From the NCBI GenBank assembly GCA_963806855.1, contig CAWDYW010000001.1:768001-832000 (forward strand): a stretch of DNA of 64,000 bases, in the 5' to 3' direction. The stretch's first letter is position 1; each line of letters opens with the position of its first letter. Below the pieces are notes generated by a model that saw nothing but the letters and a program-made list of their open reading frames with translations, ran no database searches and was not told the origin of the DNA. Positions 42,437-53,403 of the stretch are shown in pieces. Both the position numbers and the translations under genes were made by a program. The stretch comes from an uncultured Verrucomicrobiae bacterium (lineage in GTDB: Bacteria; Chlamydiota; Chlamydiia; Chlamydiales; Rhabdochlamydiaceae).

Positions 42437-43768
42437 TGAGATATAAAAAAGCTGAATGTCAAGACAGGGATAAAGTCTCGGACGATACATGTCGATTATC
42501 TGGCCCGCGTTGAAGGTGAGGGGGCGCTCTACATAAAGACAAAAGATCAGAAAGTCGAAGATGTCAAGTTAAAGATATTTGAGCCTCCCCGTTTTTTCGA
42601 AGCGCTTTTAAGAGGGCGCGAGATGTGGGAGGCGCCTGACATCACAGCGCGCATCTGCGGCATCTGCCCTGTGGCTTATCAGATGAGCGCGGTGGGTGCC
42701 ATGGAAAATGCCCTGGGTGTGAGTATTCCCGACTATATCCATCAGCTGCGCAGACTGATGTATTGCGGTGAATGGATAGAGAGCCACACTCTGCATGTCT
42801 AATGCTTCACGCCCCTGATTTTTTAGGTTATCCCGATGCGATAGAGATGTCCAAGGATTATCAAGACGCCCTTAAGAGAGGGCTTAGATTAAAAAAAGCG
42901 GGCAACGAAATCATTCGCCTCCTTGGAGGAAGGGAGATGCATCCTATCAATGTCAAAATCGGAGGGTTTCTATAAGCTGCCGACGAAGGCGCAGATTTAA
43001 GGAGCTTGCAGATCAATTAAAACAGGCGCGCGATGATGCACAAGGAGACAGTCAAATGGGTCAGCCAATTTGACTTTCCCGCATCTCGAAAGACCTTATG
43101 AATGTGTGGCCCTATCCCATCCGAAAGAATATCCGATGACTTCGGGCCGTATCGTGTCAACTTCTGGCCTTAACATTGATGTTGAGGAATATGATCAACA
43201 TTTTGAAGAGCAGCAAGTTCCCTATAGCAACTGCATTGCAGTCCACAATAAAAAGTCAGAGGATCTTATTTAGTCGGCCCTATGGCCCGCTACAATCTCA
43301 ATCAGTAAAAACCTCTCCAAAATCGTCCAAGAAACAATCAAAGAGATTGGATTTGAAAAGGTATGCCGCAATCCATTTAAAAGCATTGTGGTCAGGGCCT
43401 TAGAAGTTCTCTATGCATGTGATGAAGCGCTGAGAATTATCGAAGCCTATGATTGGGAGAAAATGCCTGCTGCCGTAAATGTAGAAAAGAGGGCGGCAGT
43501 GGGATATGGAGCGACTGAAGCTCCGAGAGGTTTGTTATATCATCGCTATGCTCTCAATGAAAAAGGGGTGATCGAAAATGCCAAGATCGTTCCTCCCACC
43601 TCTCAAAATCAGAAGAGCATTGAAGAGGACTTATGTGATTTTGTGAGCCGGAATATGTCAATGCCGGATCAAGAACTTGTATGGAAATGCGAGCAGGCTA
43701 TTCGCAACTATGATCCCTGCATCTCTTGTTCTGCGCATTTCTTGAAACTGGAGCGGATCCATGGCTGA
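42426..43768 (+). CDS. Group 3b [NiFe]-hydrogenase large (alpha) subunit, frameshifted
   Basis: RVEGEG, L1 [16 protein letters not shown]2 [12 protein letters not shown] plus short C-terminal extension. Confidence 0.92.
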
Positions 43769-44236
43769 CATGATCATTGTAGGCATTGGCAACCCTATAG
43801 AGGCGATGATGCGGCAGGATGGGCGGTCATCGATGGACTGAAGGAAACAATGGGTTCTGCCATCAAGCTGGTGAAGCAACGAGGGGATATCGCTGAATTG
43901 ATCGATATCTTCGCCCATTATAAAAGCGTCTATTTAGTCGATGCTTGCCGCTGCAGCGAGCCTTGCTGGGACCTGGCAGCGCATCGATGTGCATCAAGCA
44001 GCCGATCCCGGAAGAAAATCCTCAGACCTCGACACATGGCTTTAGCGTTAGCCAGGCCATTTCCTTGGCAAAAAATTTAGACCAACTCCCAAATAAGCTG
44101 ATCCTCTATGCGATCAATGGGGACAACTATAGCATCAGCGATGCGCTCTCTCCATCTGTTGCCAGAGAGTATTGATAGTGTAATAAAGGCGATTTTAAAC
44201 GAAGAGGACATTCATTCATGCATGAACACAGCCTAA
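43761..44236 (+). CDS. Hydrogenase maturation protease (frameshifted)
   Basis: IVGIGNP..GDDAAG, LVDA, STHGFSV. Confidence 0.85.
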
Positions 44237-44481
44237 TGAATAACCTGATGAATAAAATTTTGTCTTTAGCGGAAAAAGAGCGTGCGACCAAAGTGACTAA
44301 GGTGTCGGTGAAGCTTGGGGCTCTCTCCCATATGTCTCCTGAGCATTTTAAAGAGCATTTTGACATATCTGCCAAAGGGACAATTGCAGAAAATGCCATA
44401 ATCGATGCCGAAGAGGCCAGCGATATCAATGACCCGAATGCGCAGACGATTTTGCTCAAGAGCATCGATGTTGCAAACTGA
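44218..44481 (+). CDS. hypA: Nickel metallochaperone HypA, short form without Zn finger
   Basis: MHE start, VKLGALS, GTIAENA; no CxxC. Confidence 0.85.
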   Translation: MHEHSLMNNLMNKILSLAEKERATKVTKVSVKLGALSHMSPEHFKEHFDISAKGTIAENAIIDAEEASDINDPNAQTILLKSIDVAN

Positions 44482-46768
44482 CTATCAGGATCGAGAGTGC
44501 TCATCACCATCTGCGGCTGTGTCAAGGGGTTGGATTTCGCCCTTTTATCTATCGATTGGCGCATGAGCACAAACTTGTAGGACACTATCAGCAATACCTG
44601 CATCGGGCGTCAAGATCGATGTGCAAGGGGCTACAGGAGTGCCATTTCAAAGTTTCAGAGCGATATCGTCCAGCAAAAGCCTGAGCGGGCAACGATAGCA
44701 GAGTTTGCAGTATGTCAAGCTCCTCTTTGTGATTTTACTTCTTTTCAAATCACAGCAAGTGAATCCGATTCGGATAAAGCTCTGGCTCTGCTTGCCCGAC
44801 ACTGCGATGTGCTAAGAATGCTTCAAGAGCTCTTCGATCCAAAAAACCGGCGGTACCAATATCCTTTTTTGCATTGCATCTCTTGCGGCCCGCGGTTTAG
44901 TTTGTTTTTGCAGCATGCCCTTTGACCGCGGCCATACGACGATGACGGAATTTTACATGTGCGAGGAGTGCCAGGATGAATATGCAAATCCGGAAAACCG
45001 CCGCTTTTATTCCCAGACAAACTGTTGCCCCAAATGCGGCCCGAAGCTTCAGCTTGTAGATGCATGGGAAATGGGATCGAAGGAGATCCTTAGTACGGCT
45101 GCAGTATTTTAGAGCAGGGAAAAATCGTGGCCATGAAAAACACTGGAGGCTACTTGCTCCTTGCCGATGCCGACAAATGAGGAGGCGGTGCAGCGGCTTC
45201 GATTGAGGAAACAGCGCCCAAGTAAACCTTTTGCCCTTTTGATGCCAAACCTTGCAGAGGTGGAGGCGATCGCCGATTTAGCCTTGTGGAAAAAGATGTT
45301 TTGACATCGCCTGCAGCTCCTATCGTCTTATTAAGAAAGAAAAATGGGACAAGCCATTGCCAATTCTGTATCCCATGAAAGTCCCTATTACGGTGTCATG
45401 CTTCCCCATAATGCCCTGCAGCATCTACTGCTTCATCATTTTGCAAGACCTCTTGTCGCAACAAGTGGAAATATATCCGGCAGGCCCCTTTGCATCACCG
45501 AGGAAGAAGCTTTTGAGACGCTTGTCATCTGTCGCCGATCTGTTTTTGATCCATAATCGCAAGATCAACCATCGGCTCGATGATTCGATTGTGCATGTGA
45601 TGGCAGGCCAGCCTGTTGTGATGAGAAAAGCAAGAGGATATACCCCTTCTGCTATTACGGTGCCAGACTCATCGCCAGAACCTTATTTGCCGCGGGCAGC
45701 CAAATGAAAAACAGTTTCGCTTTTTTGAAACAAGGGCAAATCTATATGAGCCAGTACATCGGGGATCTTGATTCTGTCGATAACTGCAGGGCTTATGATA
45801 GAGGAAGTCGATAACTGGGAAATCCTTCTTGGAATTCAAAATGTGAAAGGGGTTGGGTGACAAACACCCGGACTATTATAGCAGCGCAGTACCTGGAAAA
45901 AAGGAACATATCCTCAGAAACGATACAGCATCATCAAGCCCATGTATGGGCAGCGATGGTGGATAACAAACTACTCGCCCCCTTTTTTAGTATTTCGTGG
46001 GATGGCACAGGATGGGGCGATGATGCGACAGTATGGGGCGGGGAAGCATTTCTTGTTACAGAGGAGGGATGAAATAGAATCGCAAGCCTCTATCCCTTTC
46101 TGTTGCCCGGTGGAGAAAAGGCTGTTCGCGAGCCCAGGCGCTCGATGCTCGGACTTTTCTATGCGTTATTTGGCGATGAGATTCCTCCCATATAATGCAG
46201 TGCAGTCATTTACCAAAGAAGAACTAGCCGTATTATCGGCTTGCTCTTAAAGAAGAAATTAAATGCCCCATCTGCAGCAGCATGGGTAGGCTTTTCGATG
46301 CTGTCAGCGCAATCTTGGCTTTTGTCAGGTAAGCGATTTTGAAGGACAGGCAGCGCTTATTGCTTGAAACTGCGGCCTATCAAGCAGCAAACAATAGGAT
46401 TGCCTATGAGATGCCATTAGTAAAAGAAAAAAACTTGTTTTTGTTAGATTGGCGTCCAATGATAAAACAGATTTTTAAAGATAAAATACAAGGTGTTCCG
46501 CTTGCTGAATATAGCGATGGCCTTTCATGAGACTTTAGCGCGAGCAATCGTAGAGCTTGCAAAAATAGCAGGGAGAGAAACAGTCTTGCTAACCGGCGGT
46601 GTGATGCAAAATAAATTGCTTGTAGAAAAGGCGATCGCTTATCTAAAAGCAGCAGGTTTTAAACCTTATATCCATCGCGATATCCCCCCTAATGATGGAG
46701 GGATTGCTGTAGGGCAGCTGATAGGAAGATATATAAAACCAAGCAATGGAACAAAAATATGTGTCTAG
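44468..46768 (+). CDS. hypF: Carbamoyltransferase HypF (many frameshifts)
   Basis: QGVGFRPF, CGPRF, CPKCGP, ATSGN, QHHQAH, DGTGWG, SSMGRLFD, NDGGIAVGQ. Confidence 0.9.
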
Positions 46769-46980
46769 CATTACCGGGTAAAATTCTCTCTATCAGAGAA
46801 GAGCTCGACTTGACCGATGGGAGAAGTCGATTTCTCCGGGGTAAAAAAATCGGTATGCCTTGCCTATACCCCTGAGGCTAAAGTGGGCGATTATGTGATC
46901 GTCCATGTGGGCTTTGCCATTAGCCTTTTGAATGAAACTCAAGCACAAGCCACCTTAGACTTATGATGAATATGAAATGA
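46759..46980 (+). CDS. hypC: Hydrogenase maturation chaperone HypC (frameshifted)
   Basis: [18 protein letters not shown]. Confidence 0.88.
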
Positions 46981-48072
46981 AATACATCGATGAATTCAGA
47001 CAGTCTTCCCTTGTGAAGAAATGGGCTGATGCCCTGCATGAGATCACCACACGGCCATGGACGATTATGGAAGTGTGTGGAGGGCAAACTCATGCGATCG
47101 TCAAGTTCGGCCTTCAGGCTCTTCTGCCAAAAAATATACGTCTGATTCACGGACCCGGATGCCCTGTGTGTGTCACGCCGATTGAGCTGATCGATCATGC
47201 TTTGCATATTGCCTCCATACCTGGGGTGATATTTTGCTCTTTTGGCGATATGTTGCGCGTACCCGGCACGCATGACTAATCTGCTTACCCTGAAGGCAAA
47301 AGGCGCAGATGTACGCATCGTCCATTCTCCTCTGGATGCTGTAAAGATCGCTGAAGAAAATCCAAGCAAAGAGGTGGTATTTTTTGCGGTGGGTTTTGAG
47401 ACCACGGCGCCCCCCAATGCCATGGCAGCTTATCAAGCCAAAAGGCAGCGGCTTAAAAAATTTTTCCCTTTTAGCCTCCCATGTGCTGGTGCCTCCGGCT
47501 CTGCGAATTTCTTTTGCAGTCACAAGATAATGAAGTGCAAGGCTTTTTAGCCGCGGGCCATGTATGTACGGTCACAGGCTATAGCCAATATCACAGCCTC
47601 GCTCATGAACATCAAGTGCCTATTGTGGTAACCGGATTTGAGCCTTTGGATATCCTGCAGGGCCTTTATTTCTGTGTCGAGATGCTGGAAAAGGGGGAAT
47701 ATGCAGTGGTCAATCAATACCAGCGCTGCGTGCAGTGAGCAAGGCAACATCTCTGCGCAGGCCATTTTAGAAAGATGTCTTTAAAGTTGTTGAGCGCCCC
47801 TGGAGAGGGATCGGCGATCATACCAAGTAGCGGGCTTGGTTTGCAAGATCAGTATGCCGATTTTGATGCTGCGCTTCGATATCCTATGAAAGAAACAATG
47901 GCAGTCGCAAGATAATGGCTGCATCAGCGGTTTGATCTTGCAGGGCAAGAAAAAACCTTGCGAATGCCCTTTATTTGGTAATAAATGCACTCCCGAAACA
48001 CCCTTTGGTGCGCCGATGGTCTCCAATGAAGGGGCTTGCGCGGCCTATTATCATTATTCCAATTTACCATAA
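46977..48072 (+). CDS. hypD: Hydrogenase maturation protein HypD (frameshifted)
   Basis: [31 protein letters not shown]. Confidence 0.92.
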
Positions 48073-48085
48073 GGGAAATTATTTT

Positions 48086-49128
48086 ATGAACAACATCTCA
48101 TGTCCCGACATGATAGATGACAAGCAAGTGATCACACTAGCCCATGGCAGCGGCGGCAAACAGACAAGCCAACTCATTGAAAAAATCTTTCTTCCTGCAT
48201 TTAGCAATGACAAATTAGATATGCTCCATGACGGCGCCGTGCTAGACATCCCCGCCAATCAGATTGTGTTCACAACCGATTCTTATGTTGTGCAGCCTGT
48301 TTTTTTCCCAGGAGGCGATATCGGCAAGCTTGCCGTGACAGGAACTCTCAACGATCTTGCCATGTGCGGGGCCAGGCCCTATTACCTGAGCTGCGGCTTT
48401 ATCATTGAAGAAGGGTTTTTGCAAAGCGATCTGAAGCGAATCGTAGAGTCAATGAAAACAGAAGCGGAGGCCAATTCTGTTCAGATTGTCACAGGAGATA
48501 CCAAGGTCATAGAAAGGCAGACAGGAACGAATATTTTCATCAACACTAGCGGCATTGGCATCAGCATGGTGAAAGATCCTGTCCACCCCCATCGAATTCA
48601 GAAAGGGGATTGTATGATCCTCAGCGGAGATATCGGACGGCATGGGATGGCAATCATGGCTAAGAGAGAAGGTCTGGAGTTTTCATCGCCATTAATGAGC
48701 GACTGTGCTCCTTAGTTCCTATGATAGAGGCATTGCTTCGCGAAGGGATAGAAGTTCACTGCCTGCGCGACTTGACAAGAGGCGGCCTTGCGACAGCTCT
48801 TGTTGAGCTTGCTGAGACATCCAAAATGGAGTTTAGGATCAAAGAAGATGCGATTGGTGTGAGCGAGGCTGTCAATAGTGCCTGTGAGATTTTAGGGTTC
48901 GATCCTTTATATGTAGCCAATGAAGGGCGTTTTGTTGCTTTTATCCCAAAACATCAGGAAAAAGATGCACTTAAAATCTTAAGAGCATTTCCTGAAGGAA
49001 AAGAGGCCGGTATCATAGGTGAGGTGATCGGTCGATCTGTATCGCCTGGCGCGATATTAAAAAACTCTTTTGGGACCCAGCGATATCTTTATAGGCTTGT
49101 AGGGGATCAACTTCCGAGGATTTGCTAA
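48086..49128 (+). CDS. hypE: Carbamoyl dehydratase HypE (one frameshift near 48712)
   Basis: HGSGG, TTDSYVV, NDLAM, GDTKV, RDLTRGG, terminal LPRIC. Confidence 0.93.
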
Positions 49129-49133
49129 AAGCT

Positions 49134-49812
49134 ATGGATACAAATACTTCATGGATCATTTTAGTTTCTATGGCATTGACATTGGGAATCAGTCATGGTT
49201 TTGATTTAGATCATCTAGCCGCCATTGATGCCATTACAAGAACAGTTCGAGACAATCGATTTCTATCTAAAATTGTTGGTTTTTTATTTTCTCTTGGACA
49301 CGGCATTGTCGTTATTTTAATTAGCTTGATTATAGGCAGCGGCCTGATGGAGTCCCATATTCCAGAATGGCTTGATGGTTTTGGACAATGGATATCCATT
49401 GTGTTCTTATTAATTTTTGGAATCATTAAACCTTTACAATGTTTTCCAAAACAATCAAATCAGATAATGCCTGCTGAGACATAAAAAGCATTCTAGTTAA
49501 AAAAGCTAAGCATCAAAAAATACAATCCCATGCTGATTATGTCCATAGGCGCCCTATTTGCCTGTTCTTTTCGATACTTTTAGCCAAATTGCTTTGTTCT
49601 CAATCTCGGCTACCTTGCTATCAGGTTGGCTGTTCTCAGGTGATATTAGGTATTTTCTTCATGCTGGGCATGATGATATCCGATGGGATCAATGGGCTGG
49701 TAGTATCTGTTTTGATTCAGACGTGCAGATGGGATTTCTGTTGCTTTCTCGCAGCCTTGGACTGACAATTTCTATGTTTAGTTTAGGGGTTGGCTTTATT
49801 GGCATTATTTGA
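49134..49812 (+). CDS. NiCoT/HoxN-like nickel transporter (frameshifted)
   Basis: HGFDLDHLAAID and FSLGHG signature, FDT. Confidence 0.8.
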
Positions 49813-49888
49813 AATTCTAACTCCGTTATTTTAAGACATTGAAAACATAGCTAAATTGCAGTACACAGATATATTGAGAGGGTTTACC

Positions 49889-49977
49889 TATACCACGACT
49901 CGCCCAAAAGTGTGAATTTGGACCCACGCGAAAGCTCTCGCGGTCCAAATTCACACTTTTGGGCGAGTCGTGGTATA
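49889..49977. mobile_element. TATACC-family palindrome, short form (89 bp)
   Basis: TATACCACGACTCGCCCAAAAGTGTGAATTTGGACC...GGTCCAAATTCACACTTTTGGGCGAGTCGTGGTATA. Confidence 0.85.
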
Positions 49978-50007
49978 TCTTAAGTCTCAAAATAAAGTGA
50001 GTTGCTC

Positions 50008-52377
50008 ATGAAAACAGAAACACATTCCCCAGAACTTCTCCAGAAGATGGATGCCTACTGGCGGGCGGCCAACTATCTGTCCGTCGGTCAGATTTATCTC
50101 TATGATAATCCTCTACTTAAACGGCCTCTACAATTATCTGACGTGAAGCCGATTGTCGTCGGACATTGGGGCACTACCCCAGGTCAGAACTTCATTTATG
50201 TCCATTTAAACAGAGTCATTAAGAAATATGATCTGAATATGTTCTACATTGCAGGTCCAGGCCATGGCGGTCCTGCTTTGGTGGGCAATACTTACCTAGA
50301 AGGGACCTATAGTGAGATTTATCCCGATGTCAGCCAAGATGAAGCGGGGATGAAAAAACTATTTACTCAATTTTCGTTCCCAGGCGGGATTTCGAGCCAT
50401 GTTGCACCGACGACTCCAGGTTCAATTCACGAAGGGGGCGAGCTGGGCTATTCACTCAGCCATGCCTTCGGAGCTGCATTCGACAACCCAGATCTGATCG
50501 TCGCTTGTATCATCGGTGATGGTGAAGCGGAAACAGGTCCATTGGCAACGGCATGGCAATCGAATAAGTTTCTCGATCCAATTACTGACGGCGCAGTGCT
50601 GCCGATTCTCCACCTCAATGGCTATAAGATCAGTAACCCAACCGTCTTGGCCCGCATCGAGCCAGAGGAACTAGAGCAATTTCTACGAGGTTGCGGCTGG
50701 AATCCTTATTTTGTAGAAGGGAGTGAGCCAGAAAAGATGCATCAACTCATGGCTAGTGTTTTAGATGAGGTCATTGAAGAAATTCGAGAGATCCAAAGCA
50801 ATGCGCGCGGTAAGAATGACACTACCCGGCGGCGCTGGCCAATGATTGTCTTGAGATCGCCGAAGGGCTGGACAGGTCCAAAAGTCGTCGATGGCTTGCA
50901 AATTGAGGGGACATTCCGAGCCCATCAGGTACCGGTGCTGGTAGATGCTGAGCACCCCGATCATGTCCAGCTGCTTGAGAACTGGATGAAAAGCTATAAG
51001 GCTGAAGAGCTATTTGATGAGAAGGGGAGGCTGAACCCAGAATTGGCTGAGCTAGCGCCAAAGGGTGACCGGCGGATGGGAGCCAATCCTCATGCTAACG
51101 GCGGTATGCTGCTGCGCGATCTCCGCATGCCAGATTTCCACGTTCACGCGGTGAGTGTGCCAATGCCCGGCGCAGTCCTTGCACAAGATACGCTCGTTTT
51201 AGGCAAATTCTTACGCGATGTGGCCAAGCTGAATCAGGATCAACACAATTTCCGGATTTTCGGTCCAGATGAGACCCTCTCGAATCTCTTGGGAGCGGTA
51301 TTTGAAACGACCAATCGGCAGTGGGACGCCCGGGAAGTAAAAAATGATGAATTCCTTGCCCCCGCCGGTCAAGTGCTCGACTCGATGCTCAGCGAACACC
51401 AGTGCGAGGGGTGGTTGGAAGGGTATTTGCTCACCGGGCGTCATGGGCTGTTCAACAGCTATGAGGCATTCATTCGAATCGTCGATTCGATGTTCAGCCA
51501 GCATGCCAAGTGGCTAAAAGTTTGCTTGGAACTGCCTTGGCGCCGAAAAATCTCATCGCTTAACTATCTGCTCGCCTCCCATGTCTGGCAGCAGGATCAT
51601 AACGGCTTTACCCACCAAGACCCCGGTTTTCTCGATCACGTGATTAACAAAAAGGCCGACGTCGTTCGCGTTTACCTGCCGCCCGATGCCAATTGTCTGT
51701 TGTCGGTCTTTGATCATTGTCTTCGGAGCCGAAATTACGTCAATGTGGTGGTTGCCGGCAAACACCCGCTCCCGCAATGGCTGAACATGGATGCCGCAGT
51801 TATCCACTGTACTGAGGGAATTGGGATCTGGCAATGGGCTAGCAATGACCAAAACTCAGAGCCAGACGTAGTGATGGCCTGCTCTGGCGATACGCCCACG
51901 CTCGAGGTCTTGGCTGCCGTTTCGATTCTTCGTGAGCATCTGCCCGATCTGAAAATCCGGGTGATCAATGTCGTCGATCTGATGAAGCTTCAGCCTATGA
52001 GCGAGCACCCCCACGGCCTCTCAGACAAAGATTACGATTCTCTTTTCACTAAAGATAAGCACATCATCTTCGGCTTCCATGGATACCCCTGGCTAATCCA
52101 TCGGCTGGCTTATCGCCGAAATAACCGGAACCTCCATGTCCGAGGCTATAAGGAAGAGGGGACGATCACAACGCCCTTCGACTTAAGGGTGCAAAACGAT
52201 ATCGATCGCTTCCATCTGGTGCAGGATGTGGTTGATCGGCTGCCAGAGCTCGGTGGCAAGGGAGCCTACCTCAAGCAGAAGATGCAGGATAAGCTCATCG
52301 AGCACAAACTCTACGTCAATAAGCATGGCCAAGATATGGCCGAAATCCGGAATTGGAAATGGGGGAGCCTCAAATGA
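50008..52377 (+). CDS. xfp: Xylulose-5-P/fructose-6-P phosphoketolase
   Basis: [41 protein letters not shown]. Confidence 0.95.
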   Translation: MKTETHSPELLQKMDAYWRAANYLSVGQIYLYDNPLLKRPLQLSDVKPIVVGHWGTTPGQNFIYVHLNRVIKKYDLNMFYIAGPGHGGPALVGNTYLEGTYSEIYPDVSQDEAGMKKLFTQFSFPGGISSHVAPTTPGSIHEGGELGYSLSHAFGAAFDNPDLIVACIIGDGEAETGPLATAWQSNKFLDPITDGAVLPILHLNGYKISNPTVLARIEPEELEQFLRGCGWNPYFVEGSEPEKMHQLMASVLDEVIEEIREIQSNARGKNDTTRRRWPMIVLRSPKGWTGPKVVDGLQIEGTFRAHQVPVLVDAEHPDHVQLLENWMKSYKAEELFDEKGRLNPELAELAPKGDRRMGANPHANGGMLLRDLRMPDFHVHAVSVPMPGAVLAQDTLVLGKFLRDVAKLNQDQHNFRIFGPDETLSNLLGAVFETTNRQWDAREVKNDEFLAPAGQVLDSMLSEHQCEGWLEGYLLTGRHGLFNSYEAFIRIVDSMFSQHAKWLKVCLELPWRRKISSLNYLLASHVWQQDHNGFTHQDPGFLDHVINKKADVVRVYLPPDANCLLSVFDHCLRSRNYVNVVVAGKHPLPQWLNMDAAVIHCTEGIGIWQWASNDQNSEPDVVMACSGDTPTLEVLAAVSILREHLPDLKIRVINVVDLMKLQPMSEHPHGLSDKDYDSLFTKDKHIIFGFHGYPWLIHRLAYRRNNRNLHVRGYKEEGTITTPFDLRVQNDIDRFHLVQDVVDRLPELGGKGAYLKQKMQDKLIEHKLYVNKHGQDMAEIRNWKWGSLK

Positions 52378-53396
52378 GTGCACAAGATCTTATAGATACC
52401 GCGAGAGCACTGGTCGCCGGAGACAAGGGGCTGCTGGCAATGGATGAAAGTACTCCAACATGCAACAAACGATTTGCCAAGTTGGCAATTCCCCAGACTG
52501 AAGAGGCCCGGCGCGCCTATCGAGAGTTGATTGTGACCACGCCTAATCTCGGTGAGTGCATAAGCGGCGCGATTCTCTTCGACGAGACGATCCGCCAAAA
52601 GAAAAAAGATGGCACTCCCTTTATTAAAGTCATTATCGATGCTGGAATCATTCCCGGCATCAAGGTGGACACTGGGGCCAAGGAGATGGCGGCTCATCCT
52701 GGAGAGAAAATAACAGAAGGTCTGGACGGATTGCGCGAGCGGCTGGCTGAATATTCACAAATGGGCGCCCGTTTTGCCAAGTGGCGCGCGGTGATTACCA
52801 TTGGCGATAGCATTCCCAGCTGGGGGTGCATCGAGGCCAACGCGCTGACTCTAGCTCGATATGCCGCCTTGTGCCAAGAGGCTGGACTGGTCCCGATCGT
52901 CGAGCCGGAAGTACTCATGGATGGCGAACATACGTTGGATCGATGTTTTGCGGTAACGGAAGAAGTTTTGCGTACAGTCTTCAATCAACTTTATACACAA
53001 CGAGTCATACTGGAGGGTATGATACTCAAGCCCAACATGGTACTCCCAGGATTGACCTGCCCCAAGCAAGAGTCGGTAGAAAAGGTAGCCGACGCCACAG
53101 TGAATTGCCTCCTGCGGAGCGTCCCCGCTGCTGTGGCCGGTATTGCATTCTTGTCGGGCGGTCAAAGCGGCGAATTGGCCTCAGCCCGTCTAAATGCCAT
53201 GAATATTAGATTCAAATCGCGACTTCCTTGGGCCTTGGCATTTTCATTTGCTCGCGCTATCCAACAGCCAGCTTTGGAGATCTGGCAAGGCAAGGAAGCT
53301 AACGTCCACGCGGCACAGCAAGCTCTCTATGCCCGAGCCAAATGCAACCAGGCTGCGCGCCGGGGTGAATATTCCGCCGTATTGGAAAAGACTTGA
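52374..53396 (+). CDS. Class I fructose-bisphosphate aldolase (eukaryote-like glycolytic family)
   Basis: [37 protein letters not shown]. Confidence 0.93.
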   Translation: MSAQDLIDTARALVAGDKGLLAMDESTPTCNKRFAKLAIPQTEEARRAYRELIVTTPNLGECISGAILFDETIRQKKKDGTPFIKVIIDAGIIPGIKVDTGAKEMAAHPGEKITEGLDGLRERLAEYSQMGARFAKWRAVITIGDSIPSWGCIEANALTLARYAALCQEAGLVPIVEPEVLMDGEHTLDRCFAVTEEVLRTVFNQLYTQRVILEGMILKPNMVLPGLTCPKQESVEKVADATVNCLLRSVPAAVAGIAFLSGGQSGELASARLNAMNIRFKSRLPWALAFSFARAIQQPALEIWQGKEANVHAAQQALYARAKCNQAARRGEYSAVLEKT

Positions 53397-53403
53397 GAAC
53401 ATA

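Noticed and set aside
43700..43740. [NiFeSe] hydrogenase or stop-codon recoding explaining broken ORFs
   Set aside because: L2 motif has ordinary Cys codons (DPCISC); breaks are frame changes, not in-frame TGA/TAG
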